Source: Eledone cirrhosa (Eukaryota). From it: 64,000 nucleotides of DNA. Where the stretch lies: assembly GCA_964016885.1 (NCBI GenBank), contig OZ024740.1, positions 259,780,001-259,844,000 of the forward strand, in the 5' to 3' direction. Below the pieces are notes generated by a model, which saw only the letters and a list, made by a program, of their open reading frames with translations, was not told the DNA's origin and made no database searches. A program made the translations under genes and the position numbers. Within the stretch, counting starts at the first letter, position 1. Each line of letters starts with the position of its first letter. Below, in pieces: positions 28,775 through 42,480 of this stretch.

Positions 28775-30233
28775 CATCATCATCATCATCATCATCAGGT
28801 TTAGCGTCCGTGTTCCACGCTTGCATGGGTTTGGATGGGGGTTTTCCCACTTGAGGCAAGAGTGGTTGTCTTGCTCGCATAGGACTGTCTGGCGGGTTTT
28901 CTACAGCTGGATGCCCTTCCTAACACCAACCACATTTACAGTGTGGGGCTGGGAGGTTTTTACCGTGTTGCCTACACGGCCACATTACAGCGTGGACTGT
29001 CTGGCGGGTTTTCTACAGCTGGATGCCCTTCCTAACACCAACCACATTTACAGTGTGGGGCTGGGCGGTTTTTACCGTGTTGCCTACACGGCCACATTTA
29101 CAGCGTGGACTGTGTGTTTTTTGTCGTGACACCTACACGATCTCATTTGTTTCGGCCTGGATGTTGTGGGACCAACATAACTTTACATTGAAAGGGGCGG
29201 TGTGGATGGGGTAGAGGTGGTGGGACGGGGGTGTGTTTTGATAGAGATGCCTACTGACTGTAGTAGGTTTTTACTTTGTAATTTAGGTAAGGCGGGTCTT
29301 CTCTATTACTGAGTACCGCCAAAGGTCTCGGTCCAGTGACATTGTCTTGGAGAGGTGTAAGCGTGTGAGGTCGGAATTTATCATGTCGTCCCAGGTTTTT
29401 CTGGGTCTGCCTACTCCGTGGCTACCGTCTATCTTTATTGCCCTGCACTTTGTTATACAGCTGTCGTCTTTCATGCGCATCACGTGACCGTACCAACATA
29501 GCCTTCTCTCGAGTAAACAACATCTGATCCCTCTTATTTCTAATTTTTTCCTTAGTTCGTTTATGCTTTGCCGTTCACGTATATTACTATTGCACATCCA
29601 GCGGAGCATGCAAGCTTCGTTCCTCTCTAGTCTGCGTATATCCTCTGCACACAATGCTCAGGTCTCACTGCCATGCAACATTGCTGTTCGCATGCAGGCA
29701 TCGTATAACCTGCCTTTCATTTTTAGGGAGAACCCTCTAGCGGCTAATAGTGGTATAAGCTCTCTGAACTTTTTCCATCCAGTTCTGACTCTAGCTACTG
29801 TACTTTCAGAGCACCCTCCCCCACTGCTGATTTTGTCACCCAGGTAACGGAAGCTGTCCACTATTTCTATAGAACCCTCTGCGCAGTTGAAGGAGCTAGT
29901 ATTTTGTGGGCACTTGCTGCTACTTATTGCACCAGAGCACTGGCCACATGTAAAATCTATGTTCTTAGTTAGCTTACCTGTGATCCCACTACATCTTTTA
30001 TGCACCCATACTTTGTATTTGGGACATAAAATGGAGTTTCTACCTACGCCTTTCCTACACACTGAGCATGGCCATTTCCCAGAAGGGACCGCCGCCTTAT
30101 TTTCTTTCCTACAAACTAGAACTTTAGTCTTAGCCAGGTTAATTTTAAGGCCTTTTGATTCTAGGCCGTGCTTCCATGTTTGGAATTTCTTCTCTAGTTC
30201 GGTCATTGATTCAGCTATAAGCGTTAGATCATC
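28775..30233 (-). mobile_element. RTE-clade LINE, 5'-truncated young copy
   Basis: From DDL through Zn-finger insert, FRYLG, WYGHV and GRPRKTW; 3' UTR; (ATG)n tail; TA/CA microsatellite flanks. Confidence 0.92.
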
Positions 30234-30270
30234 TATATATATACATATATATACACACACACACAAGTAT

Positions 30271-30306
<36 letters not shown>

Positions 30307-30941
30307 GTATATGATAAAAATATGTTAGCTTACTGTAAGTGGCTACAATACAGGTTTTACTAAAAAATAATCATACAAGTTAGGGATATAAACCTCTAGA
30401 GACAAAACAAAAAGTCAACAGAATCACTTGTGAGAAGTGGACTCATGTTTGCTGTATGGTAGGCAGATGTGTTACTATTACATATATACATGCGCGTGTG
30501 TTGGAACTCCATTAGTTCCCAAAAGAAATGTTCCAGTTGTTTGGAACAGCCTACTTATGAAATTAACAAGCAAGTGGCTGAGCATTTCACGGATATGTGC
30601 CCCTTTAATATATTTTTCAGGGAAATTCAGTGTTTCACAGTGTGTGTCAAGGCTGGCTCTTTGAATGACCTATATAACTCATTTTTTCCAGCTGAGCAGA
30701 CTGGAACAACATAAAATAAAGTACCTTTCTCAAGGACACAGCCATTTGGTGCCTTTAGCAAACCCACTCTGTTGCAAGAATTCAGACCTGGTCTTTGGTT
30801 TGAAGATACCTAACAACCTCCTTGCTCCCAATGACAGAAGCACTGAAAAAAAGGCATTGGATACCACTCTTCCCTTCCTAACCAAATAGTAGGAAAAAAC
30901 CAACAACAACAGCTCTATGTAACAATATGTGAAATGCTTAC

Positions 30942-31104
30942 CTTTACTCCAATTTTGTGAATGACTTTTAGCAGATAGACCCCTTGTCCTTTGAGGAGAT
31001 AATTTTGTAATTCTTCCACATCATCTTCATTAGCATCGTTGGTAATTCGAAGAATGCCTGACATGAATTCTTGCACCAGTTGATTACAGGTAATCGTCAT
31101 GTCT
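30942..31104 (-). CDS. Probable internal coding exon (163 nt) of an unidentified host gene
   Basis: Acceptor ttttctccgttacag|, donor AAG|gtaagc; open frame DMTITCNQLVQEFMSGILRITNDANEDDVEELQNYLLKGQGVYLLKVIHKIGVK; no second copy noticed in the window; protein-like composition. Confidence 0.7.
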
Positions 31105-32574
31105 CTGTAACGGAGAAAAAATATATTTAAACACTCTAAAATAAACAGTTTGTTTTAGAATAAAACAGTTGATTGAATATTAACCCTTTCCCTACCATAT
31201 TTTTAATGAAATATATTGTAGTTTAATTCATGAAGAATTAAGAGGAATTATTCATTATCTCATTAGTAAGATAGCATTTGTGAAGACGCATGGCCTAATT
31301 ATTAGGATGCTTCATGTAAGATCGTAATGTCGGTTTGATTCCTGGACAGACTACTGCATTGTGTTCTTGAACAAAACACTATTTTACATTGCTCCAGAAC
31401 ACTCAGCTGGGAAGTTACTCCTGCAATAGACTGGCTTCCTATTCAGGTAGTCTTGTACAGTCAGTCATTTGACACCAAGGAAACTGGGGATAAGCACTGG
31501 GCTTCAGCTTAGAACAGACTTTAACTAAACAAGATGGCAAAAGTTCTTATTTAAAATTATGCAGGAGAATTTTAATTTGAATAGAAACTCTTAAAATTGA
31601 ATAAGTTGAAAAGACTAATAAAATCCATGGGCCATGAACTAAACCTGGTAGAGCCTATCCTGTTTCCGATCTAAACAGAACTGAATTCCAGAGAAAAAGG
31701 AGAGAACAAAAAATGGTGGGATAGCAACAAAGGAAGATGGAGAGGAAGAATTGACCCCACTACATGCATGGTACTGTATTGATCTTGAAAAGATAAAAGA
31801 CAAATTTGACTTGAGTGGGATTTAACTTCAGAGTTCACAGAACTGGAACAAATACTGCAAAGCATTCTAACCAACATTCTAAGAACTCTGCCAATTCACC
31901 TTATTGATTAATATGTAGTTACCACTATCCCTTTTCCTCCTCTACAATCCTATAACTTGGTTTTCCCCCTTCATACTCATACTATTTCCTTTTTACTAAT
32001 CATACTCATGGGCATATTTTCCTTGAAAGAATAACTGTAGAGAGGATTTTTTAGTAGTGCATTGAACAAGGCAGCCTCTCTCTGCTCATGCCATGATAAA
32101 ATACACACAGGACATTTTAAAGTATTTGGAAATCAAACAGAAGAGAAGACTCTTTAATCTTGTTGAGGACATGACAAAATCTCTTTTGTCCCAATAAATG
32201 TGGTTGGTGTTAGGAATAGAATCCATCTATAGAAACCAGGCCACTATGCTCCACTTACCCATCTAGAAAGGCAGTAACTCCTAACAAGGACTGACTTGTA
32301 CCATAACACGCTGTCTAATTCAAGTTAGCATGGAACGAGGACATAAGATGATGGTGATGATGAGTTTCAGCATGACACAGTATGTGACAAAGATAGTTTT
32401 TTCAATTACACATACTATTCACTTTTGCCAGCTGAATGTACTAGAGCAACATGAGTGTCTTGCTGAAGGACACAATGCACTGACAGAAACTGAGCTCACA
32501 TCCTTACAATCATGAGCCTAACACTAACCACTAAGCCACTTTCTTGTGGGAACACACACATACACATAATTTAA

Positions 32575-32890
32575 AGGAAAATGTGGGCCACATGTCGAGT
32601 CAACAGATTGGTATGAAGGACATGATCGAGACCATCAAAAAAGGTAAACAGATGTGCTGGCCATATCTCGCATTTTGGATACAAGTGGACTATTAGAGCG
32701 ACAGAGTGGACACGAAGACAATGATGAAGAACCAGAGGGTGGCCAAAGGTAAGATGGCTTGACGATCTGAACAAATATCTCGGGCCCAATATGGCCAGAG
32801 ATAGGAATGGGTTCTTCCAACAGGAGTGAGAAGGCCATGGATTTTGGAGGGCTCCCGACTTATTTAGACGGTCAGTAGCTCTGATTAAAC
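32575..32890 (+). mobile_element. RTE/BovB-type LINE C-terminal fragment
   Basis: CAGHISHF..KWTIRATEW..RGWPKVRWLDDL resembles the RTE consensus WAGH/KW/RGRP..RW.D. Confidence 0.6.
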
Positions 32891-33431
32891 TCTGACTTGG
32901 TTTATGACAACCCATCCAACCCTTGCTAGCAGGGGAAATAAATATATGATGATATATATGTTTGAGTATGTGTGTGTGCACGTATATGTATATGTTTGTA
33001 TGTGTTTGTACATGTATGTGTACTTCACATAAAACATTTCACTCTTCACAGCAATAATTAAATCACCACCTACTTCTCCATTCCAGCAGTGTTTGTGTGT
33101 GTGTGTGTGTGTGTGCATGCGTGCTTCTTTACTCCTGCAATAAAGAACAACAACAACAACTCAATGTTGAAACCGCAGAAGATAAATATTTTAAAAGCAA
33201 TTAGTCTTTTATTTCTCTCTTATACTTAATTTAATTACATTCACAATAAATAATCAATCTTTCTATAATTCATATCAATTAGTCTCATTTCCTTTTGACA
33301 TTCATGGAAGTAGCTTGTTGTTGTTGTTACTGTTGTTTAACCCCAGGTCCACCCTGATCAAGCATACTTTTGATCAAAGGTGTTATAGATGTGGGCATCT
33401 TAGATATGGAATGAAATGAAATTTCCAGTAA

Positions 33432-33465
<34 letters not shown>

Positions 33466-33467
<2 letters not shown>

Positions 33468-33845
33468 TCACCATCATCATCATTTCATTTTACGTTCGCT
33501 TTTCCCTGCTTGCAAGGGTGGGATGGGAACTGATTTTGGCTTGATTTCTACAGCTGGATGCCCTTCCTAACACCAACCTCATTTACAGTGAGTGCTGGGT
33601 GCTTTTTTTCCGTGGCGCCTACACGTCCACTTTACAGTGTGGGCTGGGTGCTTTTTTTTGCCGTGGTACCTCCACGACCCCTTTGCAGTGGAATGATAGG
33701 GATCCCAGTCCCTATCATCTCATTTCTACAGCTAAGTGAACTGGAGCAATGGGAAATAAAGTGTCTTGCTCAGGGAAACAACACATTTGAACTCACAACC
33801 TTTTGATTGCAAGTCCAATGCTCTAACCACTAAGCCATGTGCCTC
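33466..33845 (-). mobile_element. tRNA/CORE-type SINE with RTE tail
   Basis: Reverse complement of the 13078 copy; (TA)n on both sides. Confidence 0.85.
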
Positions 33846-35298
33846 CATATATATATGTATATACGTAGATGTGATTGCATCAATCAGCCCAGAAAACAAA
33901 GAGCAAACACTCAAAACTGAATGCTAACCTGCACTCATGATTCCTGCTAAATCACCTGAGACCCACCCTCCAAATTCAGCAAACCGAACACAAACCACCA
34001 TATAAATTTAGCTGGTCTCATACATCTCAGAGAAAGAAGGCTCCTCAGGTGTCTTAATGATAGAGCCCCAAGTCCTATCAGGATTAGTTGCAGGAAAAGA
34101 AGTGATTTGCTCAATAACACAACATGTCTATTGGTCAAGGGACCAAACCCATGATTATGAGTCCAACTGGCTTTATATGAGGTTACATCCCATAGGAGGC
34201 TTCTCATATGTTTTAATGATAGGATCCTATCATGAATAGTGACAGGAAATGAAACACAACATACCAATTGGTCAAGGGATCAAACCCATGGCTTTATGAT
34301 TGTGAATCCAACACCCTAATCACTATGGTAGTGAATTTGTACAGTTGTTAAAACATAGGTATGTGTTTTGGCTCTCTGTACTGGCTGGTTTAAAAATGCC
34401 CTAGAAATGCTCTATACCACTATCGTGTCCCTACAACTATCAGGAGTTACGGGGCCATACCATATCACTGGCTGTTTAAATACCTCCATCTATTTAAGGC
34501 CATTACGTAAAGTACCAGTTGGATACTGAGATCAATTCTTCCTCTATTTCTCTTTCCACGCCCCCTTCTCTCCACTCTACCTTCCACCCCAGAAGAAATC
34601 AACTGTGTTCAGACCTGGAGAGGGATGGACTCCATTAGGTTTAAATGTCCAAGACATGCCATATATAATGAAGACACCTCTATGACTCCATCAGGAATTA
34701 AGTAACCATGGATGGCATAGATGAATATATATAGAACCAGTGGTATATCCGGAGCTTGTGCCACTCAGAGCAGTCCTTGATTTTATCACCCACTTATTAG
34801 AAACACTTCATTTCATGTTGCTCCAGTATAGCAATAGCTGGGGGTTTAAACCCTGTGATGGACTGGCGTCCTGTCTAGGGGGGAGTATTTTATTCTCAGT
34901 CGCATCATGCCACAGAAACCAGGATAAGCACCGGCCTGATGAGCCTTAGGGTGCCAACCCCTTGCTTTCTTAGCTACACCAATTATCCAATCATCCAATG
35001 AAACATTAATGTGGAATTAGAATATTTAGATACTATTTCTAGCAGTTTAATCCTTTGATGTTCAAAACCACCCATTTTAAAGGGTTCCTATTAAATTAAA
35101 ATCTTCCAACATAATTTTATATAAGAACCATGTTAAGTTACTATTTTAGTATAATGAAACAATTAGTAATTTTAGTAAATCCCTTAAAATTCTTCACTAA
35201 TTAATGGAAATAGAGTATATTTCATTAGAAATGTGGTAACAAAAAGGTTAAATTATAATCTTCCAGGATGTTGACTTATTATCTATCTTAGTATAAGA

Positions 35299-35490
35299 TG
35301 GTGGATTGGCAGCATCGGTAGAGGGTCGAACGCCATGCTTTGACGCATAGAGTTACGGCCCTTTCCATTCTGAGTTCAAATTCCGCCGAGGTTAACTTTG
35401 CCTTTCATCCTTGCGGGGTCGATAAAATAAAGCACCAGTAATACACTGGGATAATTGCTGGCCTTGTGCCAAAAGTAGAAACAATTATCT
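35299..35490 (+). mobile_element. Nin/Deu-domain SINE (other copies ~58305-58632 tandem +, 60170-60357 -, many older fragments)
   Basis: B box GAGTTCAAAT followed by gcctttcatcc..ggggtcgataaaataaag.accag (Nin-domain-like); shared 3' end ggccttgtgccaaaagtagaaacaattat. Confidence 0.8.
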
Positions 35491-35729
35491 ATCTGAGTAT
35501 AATGAAATAATTTTAGTAAATACCTCAACATTCTTCATCAATTAATCAAAATAGAATATATTTCATTTAAAAATCTGGTAATGAAATGGTTAAATTAATA
35601 TCTCCCAACATAATTTGATATAAAAACAATATAAGTTACTATATAAATAGTATAATGAAATAATAATTTTAGTAAATCCTGCAAAATCTTTTATTAATTA
35701 ATTGAAATAGAGCATATTTCATTTTCCAT

Positions 35730-36137
35730 TCCAGCCAACTGCCCTATGCAGAATAAATGCCTCCATAGAAACATAGTATATGAATGTAGAGTTACTACTA
35801 GGTACGAAACGTATAACTACATCAGAGAAACATTGACTAGTTTTAAAGATAATGGTACAATCATCACCACTCCTTTAACCGGATAGATAAGAGACAAAGC
35901 ATGGCACTATCCAAACTCATATGGAAGCTAAAAGAGAACTCTGTACATTACTCATTGTCTTGGCGCATGATCGCAGAAGCATTTCCATATATAAACAAAC
36001 TGTTTTTGCCTAGCTGTGATCTTTGCACAACTGAAACTCTACACATTATTAATAGGAGACATCAGATGATTAACTCTGAACTCTTTAATACTTGTATGCA
36101 TAAAATATCTAAAACTTTCCTAAGATTATATAGTTAA
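35730..36137 (+). pseudogene. PLE (Hydra-like) GIY-YIG endonuclease fragment
   Basis: NCPMQNKCLHRNIVYECRV...YNYIRET..SFK, then ALSKLIWKLKE..W...CDLCTTE...CMH. Confidence 0.8.
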
Positions 36138-36509
36138 CATATTCAGTAGACATTAACCTCCATCTACAGTTTAATATAATCACTAAATCTATAAATCCAG
36201 TGCGTCATTACATAGTTACTTATGAATCTCCTAATAACACATAGCCCAGAAATATAAATACATAGCTTTAAGATCAAACAAATAAACAAATGAATAAGTA
36301 AATTATTCAAACAAATTCTTTCAACATATGAACCAGAGCGACTGAGATCTCTGGTAATTTGATACCTTAACCTTCTTATCATCTTAAGAAGTCTCGGTCC
36401 CGTGTCATCACCTTTGAGAGGTGCAATAGGGCAGGATTAGTTTTTATCACCTCATTCCAGGTCTTCTTGTGTCTCCCCACTCCAAGGCTTCAATTGAATA
36501 TATATATAT

Positions 36510-37940
36510 CATAATCACCGTTTTACGTCCGTTCTTCCACGCCAGCATGGGTTAGACGGGTTGTCCTGTTGTGGTGAGCAGTGTCTGGTCGGCTGACCTT
36601 GTCTTGCTCATACGGGAACTGATTCTGGCTTGATTTCTACAGCTGGATGCCCTTCCTAACACCAACCTCATTTACAGTGAGTGCTGGGTGCTTTTTTTCC
36701 GTGGCGCCTGCACGTTCACTTTACAGTGTGGGCTGGGTGCTTTTTGGCTGTGGGACCTCCACGACCACTTTGCAGTGGGAGGGGGTTGGGACATATTGTC
36801 TATATGCTTCAGCTTCGGCTTGTACCTGTAGGAAGTCAGGTCTTCTGTATTACTGCGTGATGCCAGAGGTCACGGTCGTGTGTCATCGCCTTTGATACGT
36901 GCAATTGGGTAAGGTCGGCTTTTATCACGTCATACCAGGTCTTCTTTGGTCTCCCCACTCCGCGGCTTCCATCGACTTCTAGTACTCTGCACCTTTGTAT
37001 GCAGCTGTCATCCTTCATACGCATCACATGTCCATACCAACGCAACCTCCTCTCCTGCACACAGCATTTGATTCCTCTTATGATCAGTCTCTCTCTTAAT
37101 TCGTTTATGCTTTGCCGTTCGTGTATATTACTATTACACATCCATTGGAGCATGCAGGCTTCGTTTCTTTCCAATCTACGCAAGTCTTCTATAGACAGTG
37201 CCCAGGTCTCACTACCATGTAACATTGCTGTTCGTATACACGCATCATACACTCTGTCTTTCATTTTGAGGGAAAAGCCTTTTGCAGCTAGCAGTGGCAG
37301 TAGCTCCCTGAACTTCTTCCATTCCGTTCTTACCCTAGTTATTGTACTTTCCGAACACCCACCTCCGCTGCTAATTCGGTCACCTAGGTAGCAGAAGCTG
37401 TCTGCAGTTTCTACAGAGCCCTCCCTCAGTTTGGTGGTGCTTGTTTCCTGTGGCCGTTTGCTGCTTGCTGTCTCAGCGCAGCTGCTACATGTGAAGCCTA
37501 CATTCATACTTTAACTTCCTGAGATCCCACTACATGTCTTGTATACCCAGTGTTTGCATTTGGGGCAGAGAATGGAGTTCCTACCTAAACCTTTCCTACA
37601 TACTGAGCAAGGCCACTTCCCTGAGGGGATCTGGGTTCTGTTTTCTCATCTACTTACGAGGACCTTAGTCTTTGTCAGGTTGACTGAGACCCTTTCTTTC
37701 TAGTCTCTGCTTCCATGTTTGGAATTTCTTTTGTAGTTCTACCATAGATTCAGCTATAAGTGCGAGATCATCCGCATACAGGAGTTCCCATGGGCATCCG
37801 GTCTTGAACTCCTCTGTTATTGCCTGCAAAACTATGATGAACAGGAAAGGGCTAAGAACAGAGCCCTGGTGGACACCGACCTGTATGCTAAATTCCTCGC
37901 TATAGTCATTGTTAATCCTAACTTTGCTGACTGCTCAAAT
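36510..37940 (-). mobile_element. RTE-clade LINE, 5'-truncated
   Basis: [20 protein letters not shown], Zn-finger insert, WYGHV and 3' UTR; close relative of 46300-48590. Confidence 0.92.
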
Positions 37941-37942
37941 TC

Positions 37943-37974
<32 letters not shown>

Positions 37975-37978
37975 TTAT

Positions 37979-38017
<39 letters not shown>

Positions 38018-38177
38018 CACATATATATATACATATACACATATATATATACATATACACACATATATATATATACACATATATATATGTATATACATAT
38101 ACATATATATATATATATATATGTGTATATACATATACATATATATATATATGTGTATATACATATACATATATATA

Positions 38178-38330
38178 GTGTTATACTTTGGGAGGGTCAT
38201 GTTGCCAATAAGAAACACACGCACCAGTTGCTTTCACTTCAATTTATTATAATAAATTTATAAATTTAGGAATTTATAAATTTCTGGTTGGTTGGTTGCA
38301 CAACCAGATAGTTGTTTATTCAGAAACGAA
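38178..38330 (-). mobile_element. Family A fragment (truncated before the HHR) with short inverted tail
   Basis: Near-identical to 12615-12748, then ttcagaaacgaaatata in + orientation; (TA)n flanks. Confidence 0.75.
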
Positions 38331-38343
38331 ATATATATATATA

Positions 38344-38378
<35 letters not shown>

Positions 38379-38433
38379 CTTGCAAGCAGGGAAAAGCGGA
38401 CGTAAAATGATGATGATGATGATGATGATGATG

Positions 38434-38467
<34 letters not shown>

Positions 38468-38468
38468 G

Positions 38469-38587
<119 letters not shown>

Positions 38588-38606
38588 ATTTATATATATT
38601 TATATA

Positions 38607-38743
<137 letters not shown>

Positions 38744-38810
38744 ATACTCTTGCCTCAAGTGGGAAAACCCCCGCCCAAACCCATGCAAGCGTGGAACACG
38801 GACGTTAAAC

Positions 38811-38843
<33 letters not shown>

Positions 38844-38848
38844 ATATT

Positions 38849-38911
<63 letters not shown>

Positions 38912-38916
<5 letters not shown>

Positions 38917-39910
38917 AAAAAGTTCAGAGAGCTTATACCACTATTAGCCGCTAGAGGGTTCTCCCTAAAAATGAAAGGCAGGTTATACGATGCCTGCATA
39001 CGAACAGCAATGCTGCATGGCAGTGAGACCTGGGCATTGTGTGCAGAGGATATACGCAGACTAGAGAGGAACGAAGCTTGCATGCTCCGCTGGATGTGCA
39101 ATAGTAATATACGTGAACGGCAAAGCATAAACGAACTAAGGAAAAAATTAGAAATAAGAGGGATCAGATGTTGTTTACTCGAGAGAAGGCTACGTTGGTA
39201 CGGTCACGTGATGCGCATGAAAGACGACAGCTGTATAACAAAGTGCAGGGCAATAAAGATAGACGGTAGCCACGGAGTAGGCAGACCCAGAAAAACATGG
39301 GACGAGCTGATAAATTCCGACCTCACACGCTTACACCTCTCCAAGACAATGTCACTGGACCGAGACCTTTGGCGGTACTCAGTAATAGAGAAGACCCGCC
39401 TTACCTAAATACAAAGTAAAAACCTACTACAGTCAGTAGGCATCTCTATCAAAACACACCCCCGTCCCACCACCTCCACCCCACCCACACCGCCCCTTTC
39501 AATGTAAAGTTATGTTGGTCCCACAACATCCAGGCCGAAACAAATGAGATCGTGTAGGTGTCACGACAAAAAACACACAGTCCACGCTGTAAATGTGGCC
39601 GTGTAGGCAACACGGTAAAAACCTCCCAGCCCCACACTGTAAATGTGGTTGGTGTTAGGAAGGGCATCCAGCTGTAGAAAACCCGCCAGACAGTCCACGC
39701 TGTAATGTGGCCGTGTAGGCAACACGGTAAAAACCTCCCAGCCCCACACTGTAAATGTGGTTGGTGTTAGGAAGGGCATCCAACTGTAGAAAACCCGCCA
39801 GACAGTCCTATGCGAGCAAGACAACCACTCTTGCCTCAAGTGGGAAAACCCCCGTCCAAACCCATGCAAGCGTGGAACACGGACGCTAAACCTGATGATG
39901 ATGATGATGA
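38912..39910 (+). mobile_element. RTE-clade LINE 3' kb, near-identical to 28775-29775 in opposite orientation
   Basis: Translations differ at only a few residues; same 3' UTR and (ATG)n tail. Confidence 0.92.
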
Positions 39911-39953
39911 TATATATATTTTTTTTTTATATATATATATATATATATAATAT

Positions 39954-40179
39954 GTTTACTCAGCTGTAGAAATGAGATGATAGGGACTGGGGTCCCTATC
40001 ATTCCACTGCAAAGTGGTCGTGGAGGTGCCACAGCAAAAAAGCACCCAGCACTCACTGTAAATGAGGTTGGTGTTAGGAAAGGCATCCAGCTGTAGAAAT
40101 CAAGCCAGAATCAGTTCCCGTCCCACCCTTGCAAGCAGGGAAAAGTGGATGTAAAATGAAATGATGAAATGAAATGATG

Positions 40180-40180
<1 letters not shown>
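39954..40180 (+). mobile_element. 5'-truncated SINE (1675 family)
   Basis: Matches 1791-1998. Confidence 0.85.
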
Positions 40181-40218
<38 letters not shown>

Positions 40219-40304
40219 CGTAGGTCCCGGGTTGAGTCGGGGATAACCACAGCAAGTAAGGTACTCAATACATGGCAGAGTAAAATTTTTTATTTTATAG
40301 AAGG

Positions 40305-40355
40305 AGCTTCTACAGGACTAGTACTGTTTCATTCAGATGAAATCTTCAGGAAGCT
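40305..40355 (-). ncRNA. Type-I hammerhead ribozyme (family B) with intact core, in a pLTR end (~40220-40400)
   Basis: AGCUUC-CUGAAGA-U UUC AUCU GAA U-GAA-ACAG UACUAGUC CUGU-A^GAAGCU: 6-bp stem I, 4-bp stem III, GUA triplet; AATAAA downstream; ends in (TA)n. Confidence 0.85.
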
Positions 40356-41211
40356 GGGTGTCATATTAAGTTCTGGTATTTATACATTTAGGTAGTGGTA
40401 AGGGAGGGGTGGTGGAGGGGGGGATGGTATTTAGATACATTGGACCACTTCATGGCACAGCCCGTTTTTTCTTTGGGGAGTGGTCAATTAGCCAGAGTGC
40501 GTTTTTGAAATAAATAAATGAGTAAATAAATATATAAATGAATAAATAGATAAAAGAATAGATAGATAAAATAAATAAAAGAATAAATAAAAATAAATAA
40601 ATAAAAACCCCATGAATAGTAATTCAACAGATATATAGTAGGGAAATTTAGGTGGGTTGGTAATAGAAATTAAACATTTAACAAGACTGAATCATGGCAC
40701 AGACTGGGGTGAGTGGTCAAGATAACATACAAGCCAGAGGTGGCCAGAGTGTTTTTGAGGATGGAAAGAATAAAATTATTTTACATACTCACAACCACAT
40801 ACAAAAACACTTACACACACACATATATATATATATATACACATATATATATATATACACACATATATTTAAACACTTACACACACACATATATATACCT
40901 ATATACACATATACATATGTGTGTGTGTGTGTGCACACCTACACATTCACACACATATACATACATATACATATATATATATATACACACACACGTGTGC
41001 GTATACACATACACATGTGTGCGTATACACATACACACACGCACACATACATATACACACACAGACATGCATACATACACATATATACATATATACACAA
41101 GAAGAAAAACACAAACACACAAATATACACACACACAAATATACACACACACACGCATACACACACATATATATCTACACATACACGTGATATATACATA
41201 TATATCTGTAT

Positions 41212-41254
<43 letters not shown>

Positions 41255-42019
41255 TATATATATATACACACCTACATGCACCTATGTCTCTCTAGAGTAA
41301 ACTATACTATACATACATATACATACATATGCATACACATACATACACACACAAACACATACATTCACACATATATATACATATATACACATACACACAC
41401 ACACATACATATAAAATCTCATATACCCATACACACACATATATATACATACATATATATATATATATATATATGTATGTATATATATATATATACCCAT
41501 ACACACATGTATACATATACATATACATACATACATACACACACATACACATTTACAAGCAAACATGCATACATACACATACATACATACAAATAAGTAC
41601 ACATAAACGCATATGCACAAACACGCACTCGTTCGCACTCATACATGTGTCTATAGTATAAAGGTAGTGGGACAAATTTTAATTTTAAATTTTAAAATTT
41701 TAAACTGGGCCTGATAGAGGATAAATAATTAATGTCACTATTAAGTTATTAATATTATCATCAAGTAATTAAATACTATTTATTATTTATTATTTACTAT
41801 TTACCATTCACTATTCGTTACCTATCTTTTATCCCTTATTTATTCATTACCTAATCATTCACTCATAAATTAATAAATAAATGAGTGAGCTAACTAACAA
41901 ACAAACAAACAAACAGATAAACAAATAAACCAGTAAATAAGTAAATAAATAAATATACAGTTAAATACGCACTCTCTCTTTCTGTCACCTCTTGTCTCTG
42001 TCACCTTGTTACCTCTTGT

Positions 42020-42480
42020 CTCTCTGTCTCCATCTAAAAGTAAACACAGTCTGTGGTTCCATAGTGAGAAGGGTTCGGCACAGCCAAATGGCCTGTCCAT
42101 CCTCACAGCAATGCCACACTGTACATGTGGTTGTGGCGCCCAAAATACAGTTCTGCTGTGAGATGGGTTCAACATGGCTAACTGGCCTGTACCTCCTCTT
42201 AGCGGTGCCATCCAGTTCTAGGCTCTGATACTGGGGTGCTGCTGTGAGAAGGGTTCAGCATAACCAAATGACCTGTCCCCCCTTATAGTGGTGCCATCCA
42301 GTTCTAGGCTCTGATACTGGGGTGCTGCTGTGAGAAGGGTTCAGCATAACCAAATGGCCTGTCCCTCCTTATAGTGGTGCCATCCAGTTCTGGGCTTCAA
42401 AACCATTGGCTCCATTGAGAGATGGGTTTGGCGCAGCCATCTGACCTGTCCCTCCTCATAGCGGTGCCATCCAGTTCACA
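42020..42480. repeat. ~70-85 bp diverged tandem units upstream of an RTE-type 3' tail (42470-42660)
   Basis: gtgagaagggttc.gca..accaaatg.cctgtcc...gtgccatccagtt recurs about 5 times. Confidence 0.75.
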
